DNA of 64,000 nt from Octopus sinensis. Taxonomy: Eukaryota. Positions 1-12,315 of this stretch are shown here, one piece after another (positions within the stretch are counted from its first letter, which is position 1; each line of letters begins with the position of its first letter). The stretch is from NCBI RefSeq assembly GCF_006345805.1, contig NC_043012.1:5146001-5210000 (forward strand), given 5' to 3'. The position numbers were made by a program, and so were the translations under genes. The notes beneath the pieces were generated by a model. It was not told the origin of the DNA, made no database searches, and was given only the letters and a program-made list of their open reading frames with translations.

Positions 1-210
1 AACTTGCAGCCAATATTCCTTAAATCCCTAGCTGTCACAGTCTTGGAGGTCCCACAATCGAATCGTTTCTTTCAGAAATCGTCTAACCATGTCCACATGA
101 CGACCTAACTACTACGCCTGACATGAAGAGAGGTGCCTTCAGCACTTTCCTGGATGATGACAGACTTTTCTTCGTGTAGTTCTAGATATTCTTTGTTTCG
201 GGAAAAGGAA
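1..210 (-). mobile_element. Tc1/TRT(DD37E)-like transposase N-terminal (HTH) remnant, frameshifted, runs off the window start
   Basis: Minus-strand translation across frameshifts gives RNKEYLELHEEKSVIIQESAEGTSLHV..LGRHVDMVRRFLKE..DCGTSKTVTARDLRNIGCK. This matches the pattern of TRT-family N-termini (EK..I.Q....G.....I.RKL.R.H.TV.RF....R.D.G..RKV.AR). Family call is from recall. Confidence 0.6.
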
Positions 211-1206
211 GAAACAGTAGCATTTAAAACGTCTGAAGTGAAAAATCTCTTTGATGAAGACTAATAAAGAATTGGACTAAACCACGACAACATCACCAAC
301 AGCAAGAGGAAGAGTACTGAATCTATCTCGCGACAACATTATCCTTTGTAATTGCTCGACGTGCTAGATATAACAGACAAATCTCCATTAACTCATAGCC
401 TACTATTTTATTCAATAATGTGGTTTGTGATACACTAAACCTGGAAAAAATATGTTCGGGTTTTGAACCTATTATGGTCGTTTAGGGATAATGTGTATGC
501 AAAAGGTTAAAGAAAAATAGAAAATAAGAAAACTCGAGATCATTCTAATTGTTTTGCTTGTTATCCTCAGCAAATAATTCGCTTTTGTTTCTTTTTTTGT
601 TTTTGTTATTTTGTTTTTTCTAAGGGCGAAATAAATAAATTAGAATTTATAATGAATACAGATAACCTTAATTTTGTCTTGTTTTTGTATTTGTTCGTTC
701 CATTTCCATTAGCATTTTGCATTTAATGAATTCACGTTACCTCAGTGTTTTTAATCATCAGTTCTTTAAAGGGAACCAGAAACTAATTAGGTCCTACCAG
801 AACGACGGTCACCTAACCATAACACAATTAATTACATATTTCCCATTTGATTCAACTAAGTTATACCAGGTTTTGTTGTTGTTTTTTATTTTGTTTTCCT
901 TGTTTTATTTATTTATTTTTTTTTGTCAGAGGTCCATTTGCCGAATACCTGGGAAATTAGTCTTTGCTTCGTTTCGTTACGTTTTAATTATTTAGAACAG
1001 GGTGATCGACTGAGACGATCGACACAGCTAAGGTGCTAAGTCTTTTGATATTCTCTCTTTGGGAAACATTTTTTTTTTACTCAACCCTCTAAATGCTGAC
1101 GTGTTGGCTTGTTGAATAAGATCGGTTTGTAACCATTTAGCTCTAAATTTCATTTCACTCCTTTGTCCTGTACGAAGCGTCTTATCCACTCACAGACACA
1201 CTTGCG

Positions 1207-1251
<45 letters not shown>

Positions 1252-1411
1252 GTGTGTGTGTGTGTGTAAATATTACGGAGATGCACTTGCATAGCAAGTG
1301 ACCTGATCCGAGATCGTGTGCTGAAACATAAACAACTGCAGCGTAGAAGGTGTTTATAAGCCATTTAGAAACACAGAAAACCGTTAGATTCACTTCAACA
1401 TTTGAATTTTA

Positions 1412-1460
1412 TTGTCGAAATATTTTCGTCGCTTAGAGACCGCGACCTGTTCACTGGCAA
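1412..1460 (-). other. Hammerhead-like scaffold with a non-canonical core linker
   Basis: UUGCC-AGUGAACAG-GUCGC[GGUCUCUAA]GCGAC-GAAA-AUAU-UUC-GACAA. Stem II, GAAA, a self-complementary stem III region and stem I are present, but CUGANGA is not. Confidence 0.25.
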
Positions 1461-1618
1461 AATTCGGAGCTGCATTATATATATATATATATATATATAT
1501 TGTTATATTTCGGAATGGTCATATTGCCAGTTTAGCCAATAAAAACACACGCACTATATATTTGGTGTTATTTTGCTTCAGTGATATTTATTTTTTACAT
1601 TAATCTTAATCTTATTTC

Positions 1619-1663
1619 GGCCAAAGTTCTTTCGTCACACTCCTGTGACCGCATCAGTGGTCC
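1619..1663 (-). ncRNA. Minimal type I hammerhead ribozyme-like motif, A9C core variant
   Basis: GGACCA-CUGAUGC-G-GUCAC[AGGAGU]GUGAC-GAAA-GAAC-UU^UGGCC. Stem I GG(A)CCA/UGGCC, 5-bp stem II, short stem III; predicted cut 1624/1623. Confidence 0.5.
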
Positions 1664-1707
1664 TTTGTTTTCTTCTCACTTATTTGTGTCTCTCCTTACT
1701 AACCGTC

Positions 1708-1754
<47 letters not shown>

Positions 1755-1809
1755 TAGATAGAGAGAAAATAGAAGGACAAAAAGACAGAAAGAAAGCGAG
1801 AGAGAGAGT

Positions 1810-1840
<31 letters not shown>

Positions 1841-1896
1841 TCCAATTTGTAGCTATTTGTATGCTATATATATATATACATAATATATATCATCTA

Positions 1897-1959
<63 letters not shown>

Positions 1960-1992
1960 TTTATTTAAAGCAGCAGAAAATTCAACAAAACC

Positions 1993-2028
1993 TGTTACTC
2001 TGAGTTTCCCGTTGCCGTTCATCGGACA
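1993..2028 (-). ncRNA. Minimal type I hammerhead ribozyme-like motif, U4C core variant
   Basis: UGU-CCGAUGA-A-CG[GCAA]CG-G-GAAA-CU[CAG]AG-UA^ACA. GNRA-capped stem II, 3-bp stem III (ACU/AGU), GUA triplet; element flanked by (TA)n on both sides. Confidence 0.45.
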
Positions 2029-2052
2029 TTTATATGTTTACTCTGGTATATA

Positions 2053-2085
<33 letters not shown>

Positions 2086-2087
<2 letters not shown>

Positions 2088-2365
2088 GCAAGTAAATAAA
2101 TACTCGCGAGGTGAAATCGTTTTCAGCAAGTACACCTTAGATTAAATATATAAACACGAGGCGATCGTTTTTTGGATCATTTTCGGTTTTAGAAGTTGGC
2201 ATTTTTTATTGCCGGCGAAGAACTGCATCTGCGCAGTACATTTTGAAAAAATTAGGATGTATAAACATGAGGCACGCAGTTGATCGCCTCGTGTTTATAT
2301 ATTTAATCTAAGGTGTACCTGTTGAAAATGATTTCACTTCGAGAGTAAAAGTTATTTACTCGCTA
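2086..2365. mobile_element. MITE/foldback element with ~80 bp terminal inverted repeats
   Basis: 2086-2167 (tagcaagtaaataa...cacgaggcgatc) is the near-perfect reverse complement of 2282-2365 (gatcgcctcgtg...ttatttactcgcta); left end abuts (TA)n. Confidence 0.7.
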
Positions 2366-2548
2366 AACTAAAATCAGAAACCAATTGGTCCAGGAAATTA
2401 GATGGTAAAATGTTTTTATTTTTTCATTTCGTTCCTGTCGAATTTTATCCCTAATTTTGTGGTTATAGAACCTAGCTGTTCTTTCTAGCGGGTTGAATCC
2501 CATGAGTGGATTCCTTATGTATTTAAATGTACACTGTATTTTATATAT

Positions 2549-2580
<32 letters not shown>

Positions 2581-3193
2581 ATATATATATATATATACAC
2601 AGTCATCTCTCAACTGTCGTGAGTGTTACGTTCCAAATATCCACCCCCGCGATAGATAAAAATCCGCGAAGTAGAAACAGTATTGCGATGGATATTTTAT
2701 TATTATTATCATAATTTTTATTTATTTATTTTATTTTAAATGCAAAACATCACCACGGAGGAATCGACGGGAGCTTAAATAATAAACCGCGATAGAGGAA
2801 CCATGATATGGCGTGAGATTACTGTGTGTGTGTATATATATATAGGCATCGACAAAAACTCATTCCCACTCATAACGCCAGTATGTCCCGAAAATACACT
2901 TTTCCCAAATAAAGCGCACTTCGTATTCAAGGCTCCGACGAAGTTATAGGATATTGTCCACCTTCTCAACTATAAGTCCATCTTATCTTACTGCAGAGAC
3001 AGCTTTAATCTAATGAAGTTCAGGCGTCACCTTTTTGCTCTTATTACCACTCAATACTCATCTAATATTGTGTTCTGAAGCATACACATACTGAGTTCTA
3101 CATCAAGTTATTAGTCTCACTATGTCTAAGCGAAATATTAATATTTATATATATATACATATATATCTGAGAGAAATATTAATACTAACACAC

Positions 3194-3258
<65 letters not shown>

Positions 3259-3598
3259 AATCACTAACAGACACGATATCTGCTTGGTTTTAATGACTTT
3301 ATAGTCAACCCATGGCTACAACATATCTTTGATTCCTGGAAGTTCTCAAAAGCCAATATTAGCTATAATCTCATTTAGATAAGTGACTAGAAACATTATA
3401 ATCGTTTCATCTCTTTGCTTCTCACTTGCCAATTAAAGCCACTCCTAATTTCCTTATAAATTTGAACGTTATTTTTCAAAATGCCGTTTATTAAACAATG
3501 TTGCTTGGATTCGACACGATCGATGTACTGTCTCACCGCCTTAATATCTTACCTGGTTAAAGTTTTATCTGAAGACTCGGGAAAAATGAAAAAGTCTG

Positions 3599-3664
3599 TG
3601 CCACGCAGTGGGACTGAAACCGCAACCTTATGGTTGGGAAGCAAGTTTCTTACCACACAGCCAG
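3599..3664 (-). mobile_element. tRNA-derived SINE type A, 5' head fragment
   Basis: Reverse complement of the TGGCTGTGTGG..GGTTCAGTCCCACTGCGTGGCAC head seen in full copies at 47530 and 52969. Confidence 0.7.
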
Positions 3665-5079
3665 GCACATTTTTTTTATCTAAGACCACAATGCACAATA
3701 TGTAGTCTGTAATATGTAGCTTCAAGATTGCCTTTGAGCTATTTCTAGCAGATTCCATGGTTGGTTAGAAGCCCCCTCGTTGGCTTAAGTGATTCTACTT
3801 TTGATGACCTTGCTCAAATTTCTCAATGTGTATCTTTTTTTCCTTGCTTCATCCGGCCGTGGCCATTATTACCGCTTGAAAGGATAATATAATGAAGCAA
3901 AATTTTATACACGTAATCAGTTTTGTTTTTATAAAAAACAAAAACATTTCATGAATATTAATGAGTTAATCAATTTAAATTTGAGATATCCCCATTGAAT
4001 TTATCAACGTCATAATTGTAATTATCTTAATTTCTAATTCTAAAATTCTAATTTATTTCAAATATTGTTTCTTCTCCAGGATGTCATGTCATTTTGTTGG
4101 TATTTTTGATTTAATTGGGGGTACAGAATAGAAAAAAAAATAATAATAGATAATAAATAGAAAAATAATGAATAAATGAAAATTAAAATTAAAAATAAAT
4201 AGACAATGCAAAAATAGAGTAAATTATGAGATACAAAGCAAATACATTTGATATCACATCAGGTTTTATTCTCAGTTTTGACATGGAAATATTAAAACAA
4301 TCAAAAATATTTTTACTGATATTTACAACATCCTTGAATTAGTAAAGATTCTGTTGAAAGCCTTTTAAATAATTCATAGAACTGACTTGATTTAGGATAT
4401 GCGGAATCTAACTGTCTGGCATCTCTTAGGAATTATCACTTCATATCGACAATGAGTTGACTTCAGCAAATTTCTATTTCCTCTTTGCCATTTTCGTTTC
4501 TTTTTCTTTTCTTTCTTTTTTTGTTTTTTTTAATGTTAGTTTGTTTAACTCGGTTTTCATTAGGCTGAGATTGGTCGCTTCAATTAGGTTTAGTTTGATA
4601 TGGAGTGGAATGGTTCGGTACTTTGCTGTTTTATATTTTTTAAGTTGTTCGTTTGTTTTGTTTGGTTTTTTTTTTGTATTTCAATATGCCCCCCACCCCT
4701 CCATTTTATATTTAATCCTTAATGACTGCCGATATTTTATTCATGCCATGATTTGCGAAAAAAAAATTTTAGGATAATCCCAGAGCTTTAGAACGACTTT
4801 TAGCAGTTAGTGACTTGTTACCGAAGCTGCTAAATCTCGCTTATCATCACCTCCTCCGCCCCTCCTCTTAAAATTATCATAACAGCCATAGCAGCTGAGA
4901 TTAAAACAAGGCAAGAAATATCTTTTTGTTCGGTTGTTGTTTTTTTAACAAACATTTTTAACCAATCACACCAAGAGTAAACGAATCATCGTTCTTATTG
5001 CAGTTGATAGTTTACTCGTGAATAATTTGAATTCTTTTTGTTTTGTTTTGTGAGGGATTTTTATTATTTCTCCCTATCA

Positions 5080-5252
5080 AGGTTGTGAGCTGGCTGAATC
5101 GTTAACACGCCGGGCGAAATACTTGGCGGTATTTTGTCCGCTGGTTATGTTCTAAGTTCAAATTCCTCCGAAGCTGACTTTGCCTTTCATTCTTTCGGGA
5201 TCGATAAATCAAGTACCAGTTGAACACTGGGATGGATATAATCGACACATCC
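5080..5252 (+). mobile_element. tRNA-derived SINE type B (Meta-domain-like), diverged
   Basis: gagctggctgaatcgttaacacgccgggcgaaa...ttctaagttcaaattcc...gactttgcctttcattctttcgggatcgataaatcaagtaccag is homologous to the type B copies on the minus strand. Confidence 0.75.
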
Positions 5253-5739
5253 TCTCCGCCAGCATGGGTACTCTTGTGGCAACATTTAAAACCATTATTC
5301 CATCCTATCCTTTCCGTATTAACTGGTCGGATTAGCTCAATCGATAGAACACTGGCTCAAATACATTGTTTATATCGATTTACGTATCTGAGTTCCAATC
5401 TAAATCTCAGCGAGGTTGACATTCCGATTTACTCGTCTAGAATCGATATATTAAGTAATCAGTCACAAGTCAATTGAGGTCAACATCATTCACCTTTCTT
5501 TCACATTCCGTTCTCGAATTTGTGTTTTTGAGCTTGTGTTAGAGTTTATGGTTGTGTGTCTATGTTAAAATTTGTGACCTTGAGCCAATGTTAATTCGCG
5601 TTCTTAAGATTATGTTAAGATTTGTTGTGTTGAGCCTATATCAGAATTGCAATGGGTTTGATCTGGAGAAGCTGCATGGAAGCGAAAAAGATTGAAAATT
5701 TGGAAACGATAAAGACTGGTAAGGTTATGTTGCTGACAA

Positions 5740-6480
5740 TACTTGTTATAGATTAGTGACATTGGTGAGCGAGCAGAATGTCGGTTCCTTAGAGCCAGAT
5801 CCACGTACAAGATCGGTTCTCCTATGTTACTATTGGTCTTTCGCCCTAAAGAAATCTTATGTAAGTATTTTATAAAAGTAATGTTGGCGCATTAGACTTC
5901 AGCAAAACCTTCGACTGTCACTGACATGCAATTCTCGTATCGAAATATTTCCCCCACAAGCTCCATCCATCTCTCAATGGTAGCTCCCTATCAGATTGCA
6001 CTATCGCAGAGTGTATTTGAAAGAGCTCTTCCTGTGTCCCATTTTATCAACTCCAGTGCGTTCTGGCCTTCCTCTTTGTTCCCTACTCTCTTCCCTCTTC
6101 CTTCTACACTTCAATAACCTCATTGTTGTCACGTCTAACAACGCCCAGAGTTACACAAATGATACTATCTTTCATTTCTTTCGAATTTTCTCCACAGATG
6201 CATCGTTCATCTAGCCTAGAAACCACAAACCAAATAGGCACTGATTCCATAAATAGAAACCCTGAAAGAATCTTCAAATAAGGTCGTATCAATCTTGTGT
6301 CTTCCAACTGCTAAAGCGCATACAACAGCCCCCACGGCCGCTCCAAATGTTAGACATCACCAAATATAGCAAAGGAACATTCCTAACGTTTTGCTTCTCC
6401 AAAACTGGCTTTTTGTCTCGCTTTAAGGCCAGAAAACAATCCGGCTCAAGTAAGGACATAATGGAGTGTTGCTCCAATAT
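5740..6480 (+). mobile_element. CR1/L2-group LINE reverse transcriptase fragment (degraded)
   Basis: Frameshifted RT motifs: ALDFSKTFD (LDxSKAFD), SLFLLHFNNL (PTLFLxFINDL), AQSYTNDT (degenerate YADD), ERIFK*GRINLVS, KTGFLSRF, MECCSNI (MEYCSHIW). Confidence 0.8.
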
Positions 6481-6672
6481 TTAGCACTGCACAGCCAACT
6501 CATGCACGAACATCCTGGAGCGCATTAATAAAAAAGCCACTTGATTGGTATTAGTTAGTTTAAACAAACAGATCCGAGGAAGTTTTAAACAGGTCATGTT
6601 AACGCTGTCTTTTGATAAACGGAGTGTTGGTTTGATATATCTAGGTCTAATACAGGATAGATCGTTGATATA

Positions 6673-7960
6673 TTGGTTTATCCGTAAAGTTCGTGTCGAT
6701 TTTTAAAGGAAATAAAAAGGTCAACAGATACTTAACATTATATTTTTAATCAACCAAATATGAACCATTTTGTTGCACAATGTTTCTCCATCATTCCTTT
6801 AACTTGAAAATACCCTCTTCCCATAATTGAGGTGGTTTCATGGCAAAGAATTCATCAAGGTATCTTTTTACGTCATCCAAGGAATTGAAATTTTTACCAT
6901 TAAGACTATTCTGCAGAGACCTGAATAAGTGGAAATCCGAAGGAGCAATATCTGGTCAATATGGAGGGTGGGTGGAGTAACACATCTCAGCCGAGCTGCA
7001 GCAATTTTTGTTTGGTTTCCAAAGAAACGTGCGGTCTTGCATTATCATGCTGAAAAACAGCACCCTTCCCATTGGCCAATTCTGGACGTTTCTCTTGAAT
7101 TGCTGCTTTTAACTCGTCCAGTTGTGTGCAGTATTTCTCAGAATTAATTGTCTGGTTACTTGGGAGAAGCTCATTGTACAGAATTCTTTTCCAATCCCAC
7201 CAAACACAAAGCAAGACTTTTTTAGGGTGAATACCCGCTTCTGAGGTCGCTAAGGATGGCTCGTGTCGCTTACTCCAGGATCGCTTTCTCTGAACATTTC
7301 GGTAGATAATACATTTCTCATCACCTGCCACAATTTGCTTTTAAAAAGGCGCGTTTTCATTCGGTTTATAAAGCGAATCACAGGTGGAAATGCGATCCAA
7401 AAGGTTCTTCACACTCAACTCATGTGGTACCCAAACATCGTAGCGATTTGTGTACCCAAGCTTTACCAGGTGCTCAGGAACGACGGATTTTGATAGGTTG
7501 AGGCTTTCTACCAATTCTCGGGTTATGCAATGTGGGTTATTCTCAATTAATGACTTGATTTGGTCATCATCTGTAGTGGATGGTCTACGTGATTGCTCTT
7601 TATCAATAAGGCTACAACCTCCAGCACGGAACCTTGTGAACCACTTCCGTACAGTTCTTTCAGATAAAGAAACATTGCCGTAAACTGTGTATATTTCTTT
7701 GGTTGCTTGTGAGGCATTTTTCCTTTTACAGAAAAAGAAAAGCATCAAGTGCCGAAAATGAACTTTCTTATCTTCCATTTTAAAGGGTTACAGAATTAAC
7801 ACAGGTTATAGGAACATAAACCTTCTTCCACGAAAATATAGCTGAAACTGTGCTCTAATTGGAGGTGTAGTCAAATTCTATTTTATGGATTCAAACATGT
7901 TCTAAAGTAAGTCGAAAGGGAAGCTACTATAAATCGGCACGAACTTTTCGGATAACCCAA
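6673..7960 (-). mobile_element. Full-length mariner (mellifera-subfamily-like) DNA transposon, ~1.29 kb
   Basis: TIRs ttggtttatccgtaaagttcgtgtcgattt and (rc) ttgggttatccgaaaagttcgtgccgattt; TA target duplication at 6671-6672 and 7961-7962. Confidence 0.95.
6746..7778 (-). pseudogene. Mariner transposase pseudogene
   Basis: MEDKKVHFRHLMLF..WVPHEL..AGDEK..HDNARPH..PDIAPSDFHLF. In-frame stops at 7341-7343 and 6987-6989 and a frameshift near the YSPD motif. Confidence 0.95.
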
Positions 7961-8262
7961 TAGAAATACGGTACGCATTGTACAGGAGGAATAATTCTAT
8001 TGAATGAAATGTCATTTCAAGGTATGCCATTACGCGAAGGTTCATTATAATTCAAGTGGGGAGTTTTCAATATTGGCTTTTGAGTATTGTATTTTTGTAT
8101 CATACTGTACATATCTTTTAATACACTCCTGTCTAAACTAGAGGAAATTTGCCAATTTAGTACTATGTATGACCTCATTTGTGTATGGGCATATATACGA
8201 GTGTGTTTGTCTGTGTGTGTGTGCGTGTGCGTATATTTATATATATATATATTATATATATA

Positions 8263-8301
<39 letters not shown>

Positions 8302-9233
8302 TAGTGTGTGTGTGTATATATATATTCATATGTACATATTTACGTTACACATATAAATGTATAACTAAATACAAACACGAATATGTGTTTGCGAGTGTAT
8401 GTATGCATATATATATATGTTACCCTTTATTATTATTGATTATATATATATATATGTGTATGTATATGTATGTATATATATATATGTATATATATACATA
8501 TATACATATACATATGCGCATACACATGTTTGTGTTGAGAAGCTAGCTAAACAGTAATCAAGTGAACAATGAAACAGTGAGCAGGTGGACGGCATCAATT
8601 GTTCAGCTGAATATTGAGATACGATTCACGCAATGTCACCTCGAGAGGTTTTCTTCTTCCAATTTGCAACAATCATAATATAAACATGTTTTTATAATCT
8701 TCACTTTTCTCACACCTTTATATCACTGTTGGATTACTCAACGTTCGGCAGCCACCGCTCTCTCTATCTCTTTCTCCCTCCCTCTCTCTCTCTCTTTCCC
8801 CCTCTCCTTATATCTCTCACTCCTCTCTCTTTCCCCCTCTCCTTATATCTCTCACTCTCTCTCTCTCTCTTTCTCACTCTCTCTCTCTCTCACTCTCTCT
8901 CTTTCTTCCTCTCTGATTACTTTTCTGCTTTTCTTTCTCTCGCTCACCCGAACTCCCACATTCTCTGCTATTTCTATCGTTTCCCTCGATCTTTAACTAT
9001 TTCCTACGCATGCGCGGGAACATATATAACCGTATATATTTACATTCATATGTGTGTATGCATATAAATATTTGTGTATGTATCTATACATATATATACC
9101 CATTTATGTGTATATATATTTATATATATATATACATTTATATATATGTTCGTATATAGATGTGCATATGTGTGTGTGTGTGTGTGTTTGTAGGTAGCTA
9201 GATGTAGATATAGATGTATAGAAGTATATAATA

Positions 9234-9312
<79 letters not shown>

Positions 9313-9491
9313 TTACAGCAGACATTTCTATTCACTGAAATGAGATTTCAATTCATTGCTAACTTCTATTCTGTCGTCATTCTCAGTAAATTACCACGTG
9401 TATGTGTACATATATATGTGTATTTATGTGTGTATGCGTGTATTTATATATATATACACATACATTATTTTCTATATATATATGCATGCAT

Positions 9492-9550
<59 letters not shown>

Positions 9551-9743
9551 ATATTATATATATATATATATAATATATATATATTATATATATATATAGA
9601 ATCTTAAAGGGTATATTTCAAAACTCCTGCTCTTAAATCACTTTTGGAGCACTCTTGCCGAATGTATGTGTGTGTGTCTGTTTGTGTTTGTGTCTTAGTG
9701 TGCTTATTTGCGTGTATTTATGACCCTCTCTCTCTCTCTCTCT

Positions 9744-9781
<38 letters not shown>

Positions 9782-10157
9782 CTTTCTCTCTGTCCTTCTC
9801 GTTGCCTCTTAGTTCCTTGTTACTAATATGAAGACAAATACGAAAGACAAGCAACACCTTGCGAAAAGAACACGAGACAAAGGGAAAATAACGGAAAGGA
9901 AAACAATAGGATGTTTGTGTGTGTGCGTTTCTGTGTGTTTCTGTGCGTGTTTGTGTGCGTGTGTGTCTGACTTCTCTGTGCGAGAGCGTGCCTGTTTGTG
10001 TGCGGACTTTGTATTTTTAGAAATTTTATACGTGGATATATTTATCTGCGCATTCACAGATATGTGTCTAATGTGCCTAGCTATCTGACTATCTCACTCA
10101 CAATCTCTTCAACGTGTTGTATACACATATATATGCATGCATGATAATTAAATATAT

Positions 10158-10211
<54 letters not shown>

Positions 10212-11045
10212 CATATTTATGTATATATGTATATTCTATGTGTATGTACTATGTATATCTATCATATATATAGATATATATATATATATAGATATATATT
10301 ATATATATATATATATATCTATATATATGTGTATTCTGTATGTATGTATATGCATATGTTAGTATATTTTATTCCAGTATATACATACATTTGTATATAT
10401 ATACATCTACATTTTACGCATACTCACTTACACTCAGAGATACACGCACACACACATGCATAATGCACATACACACTCACATATGTAAATTTGTACATAT
10501 ATATATATATATATATTTGTATAAATATATATATATGTGTGTATATATATGTATGTGCGTGTGTGTATGTGTGTGTGTGTGTAGCCACACACGTACACAT
10601 CCATGCATACGTGGAGTTCAGGGCGTACATATATACACATATAAACATATAAACAAGCATGTATGATATATGTGTGTGTATGTATGTATGTATGTATGTA
10701 TGTATGTATTACATATATAAATATATTTGTCTGTGTATATTTATGTATCTACGTTTGCATCCATGGATGTGTGAACAGCTGTTTCTACAATGTGAAGTTT
10801 AACAAATAGATAAAAAACTCATCATGGCGGTAATCAATACCCGGATGAGGAGACAATGGTTGCTAGTTGTGATCGAAAGCTGTTTGAGTTATGTGCAACT
10901 GGGATGCTTTTATCACGCCTGTTGCCTCTAATTTCAGCTGCTTCCCAATTGGCAAACTGGTGTAAACATGGCAGCTTCGCAAACAATCCTGCCTAGATCG
11001 AGTGGAGTATTTACAATGGAATATCGACAGGAGTTTGAACATACA

Positions 11046-11100
<55 letters not shown>

Positions 11101-11165
11101 TATATATATATATACATATATATACATATATATACATATATATAATACATTATATATATACAAAG

Positions 11166-11215
<50 letters not shown>

Positions 11216-11247
11216 GTCTATGTACATAACATAATATATATATGTTC

Positions 11248-11287
<40 letters not shown>

Positions 11288-11360
11288 TACATACAACATA
11301 CATACATACATACATACATACATACATACATACATACATACATACATACATACATACATA

Positions 11361-12037
11361 CTCGTAGCGACAAGGCGTGGGGGACTCTTAATCGAAAATA
11401 CGATAAATACTACCTCCAACTTTGGAGCCACAACTATCAGCCTTGTTAAATAATTGGTTAATCTTCAGATGAATTAACTGAGGGCCCCTTTTATTCACGA
11501 TCGTAGTGATTTTCAACTGAAACTTGAATTTAGCATGCAGAGGGTTCCTACAAGCAACATGGATGGACACAACATCAACAACAACACAATCGAGGAACAG
11601 AACGAAAACAACAGCTCAACAGGTAAACGAATTCTTTCTACCTGTAGTTATAGAAGAAACCGTAACTACAAAACTCATTTCTCTTGGAATTATGAATTGA
11701 ATAATGGTCTATTCAACTGCTACGAAAAAGCGAAACAAAACCCCGCTGTTGGATATATGAAATCATATTGGAATGATCTGCATCCAGAGTTTAATCATTT
11801 TATTGCGAAGCAACTACGCCGACAGGCAACATTTGTAGAACAGAGAAAGAAGGTTAATAACTGTAACTTTATTTTAAAAATCGAAAATTAACCTTCTTCC
11901 CAACTCTATAAACAAAAACGAAAACAGATTCCATAGTGCCTGCCAGCCAAACTACATTACTTGCTCAAGTAACTGACCAATCTCCCCTTACTACGACTAT
12001 GGTAAAAGCAGGCATAACCGCAACAATTAATTATAGT

Positions 12038-12089
<52 letters not shown>

Positions 12090-12260
12090 TAGTAGTAGCA
12101 GCAGCAGTAGTAGTTGTTGTTGTAGTAGTACAGTTCTATATTTAAGAGATGAGGAATTATGTACATTATTTACATTATTTACATTCGACACAAAACAAGA
12201 TGAGGACAAATATTCGTCGAATGTAAATAATATAAATAATGTAAATAATGTAGTAGTAGT

Positions 12261-12315
<55 letters not shown>

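Noticed and set aside
105-260. Apparent terminal exon on the minus strand (SSSKRFFTSDVLN...HVRRSS*) with an acceptor at 261-262
   Set aside because: The peptide and the neighbouring frames are better explained as a frameshifted Tc1/TRT transposase N-terminus.
741-782. 42 nt minus-strand frame FLVPFKELMIKNTE with AG/GT ends
   Set aside because: Weak acceptor, and its presumed partner exon turned out to be transposon-derived.
11369-11447. Possible HDV-like ribozyme in the Dong 5' UTR (GACAAGGC/GCCUUGUU helix with a G-U first pair)
   Set aside because: No P3/L3, P1.1 GG or J4/2 elements in the required order; only a structured UTR can be claimed.
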